From positions 1 through 33,442 of the forward strand of contig CAKTXU010000001.1 in NCBI GenBank assembly GCA_934630995.1: DNA of 33,442 nucleotides. The letters run 5' to 3'. Shown here in pieces: positions 33,439 through 33,442 of the stretch (within the stretch, counting starts at the first letter, position 1; each line of letters opens with the position of its first letter). Below the pieces are notes generated by a model. That model saw only the letters and a list, made by a program, of their open reading frames with translations. It had not been told where the DNA came from and searched no databases. The stretch comes from an uncultured Eubacteriales bacterium. Its GTDB lineage: Bacteria; Bacillota; Clostridia; Oscillospirales; Acutalibacteraceae. The position numbers and the translations under genes were made by a program.

Positions 33439-33442
33439 AATG

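Overview
This window looks like a chromosomal segment from a high-GC Firmicutes/Clostridia-type genome. The taxon is inferred only from the protein repertoire (DegV, BspA-type LRR, wall-binding repeats). Positions 1-8.7 kb carry mixed-orientation genes: a GyrI-like effector-binding protein, a 620-aa protein with a discoidin-type C-terminus, a monocistronic UDP-GlcNAc 2-epimerase, a TetR regulator divergent from DegV, a small membrane protein, and a MerR regulator divergent from a sugar-phosphate isomerase/epimerase. Readable sigma70-like promoters and hairpin terminators separate these genes. After two tandem terminators and an AT-rich promoter region, positions 8.9-33.4 kb form one co-directional (+ strand) Wzx/Wzy-type surface-polysaccharide locus that runs off the right edge. 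It holds an aminotransferase / initiating phosphoglycosyl transferase / PglD-like acetyltransferase triad, five to six glycosyltransferases, LicD, Wzy, Wzx, a TviB-like dehydrogenase and a CapE-CapF-CapG (UDP-L-FucNAc) set. Three things stand out. (1) The first gene of the locus fuses a tyrosine-recombinase fold to a NeuD/PglD-like domain; by eye the recombinase part has lost every catalytic residue and the NeuD/PglD part lacks the catalytic His. I propose it is a DNA-binding, ligand-sensing regulator. (2) A 1,740-aa secreted protein sits directly after LicD in the middle of the operon. It combines a phosphodiester-glycosidase (NAGPA-like) domain, Ig-like/CBM-like regions, wall-binding repeats and BspA-type LRR modules, and it contains two 419-bp direct repeats that differ at one base. 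(3) The locus is a strong compositional mosaic, including an AT-rich acetyltransferase wedged between capE and capF with tight translational coupling. I saw no tRNA, rRNA, CRISPR array, transposase or reverse transcriptase.
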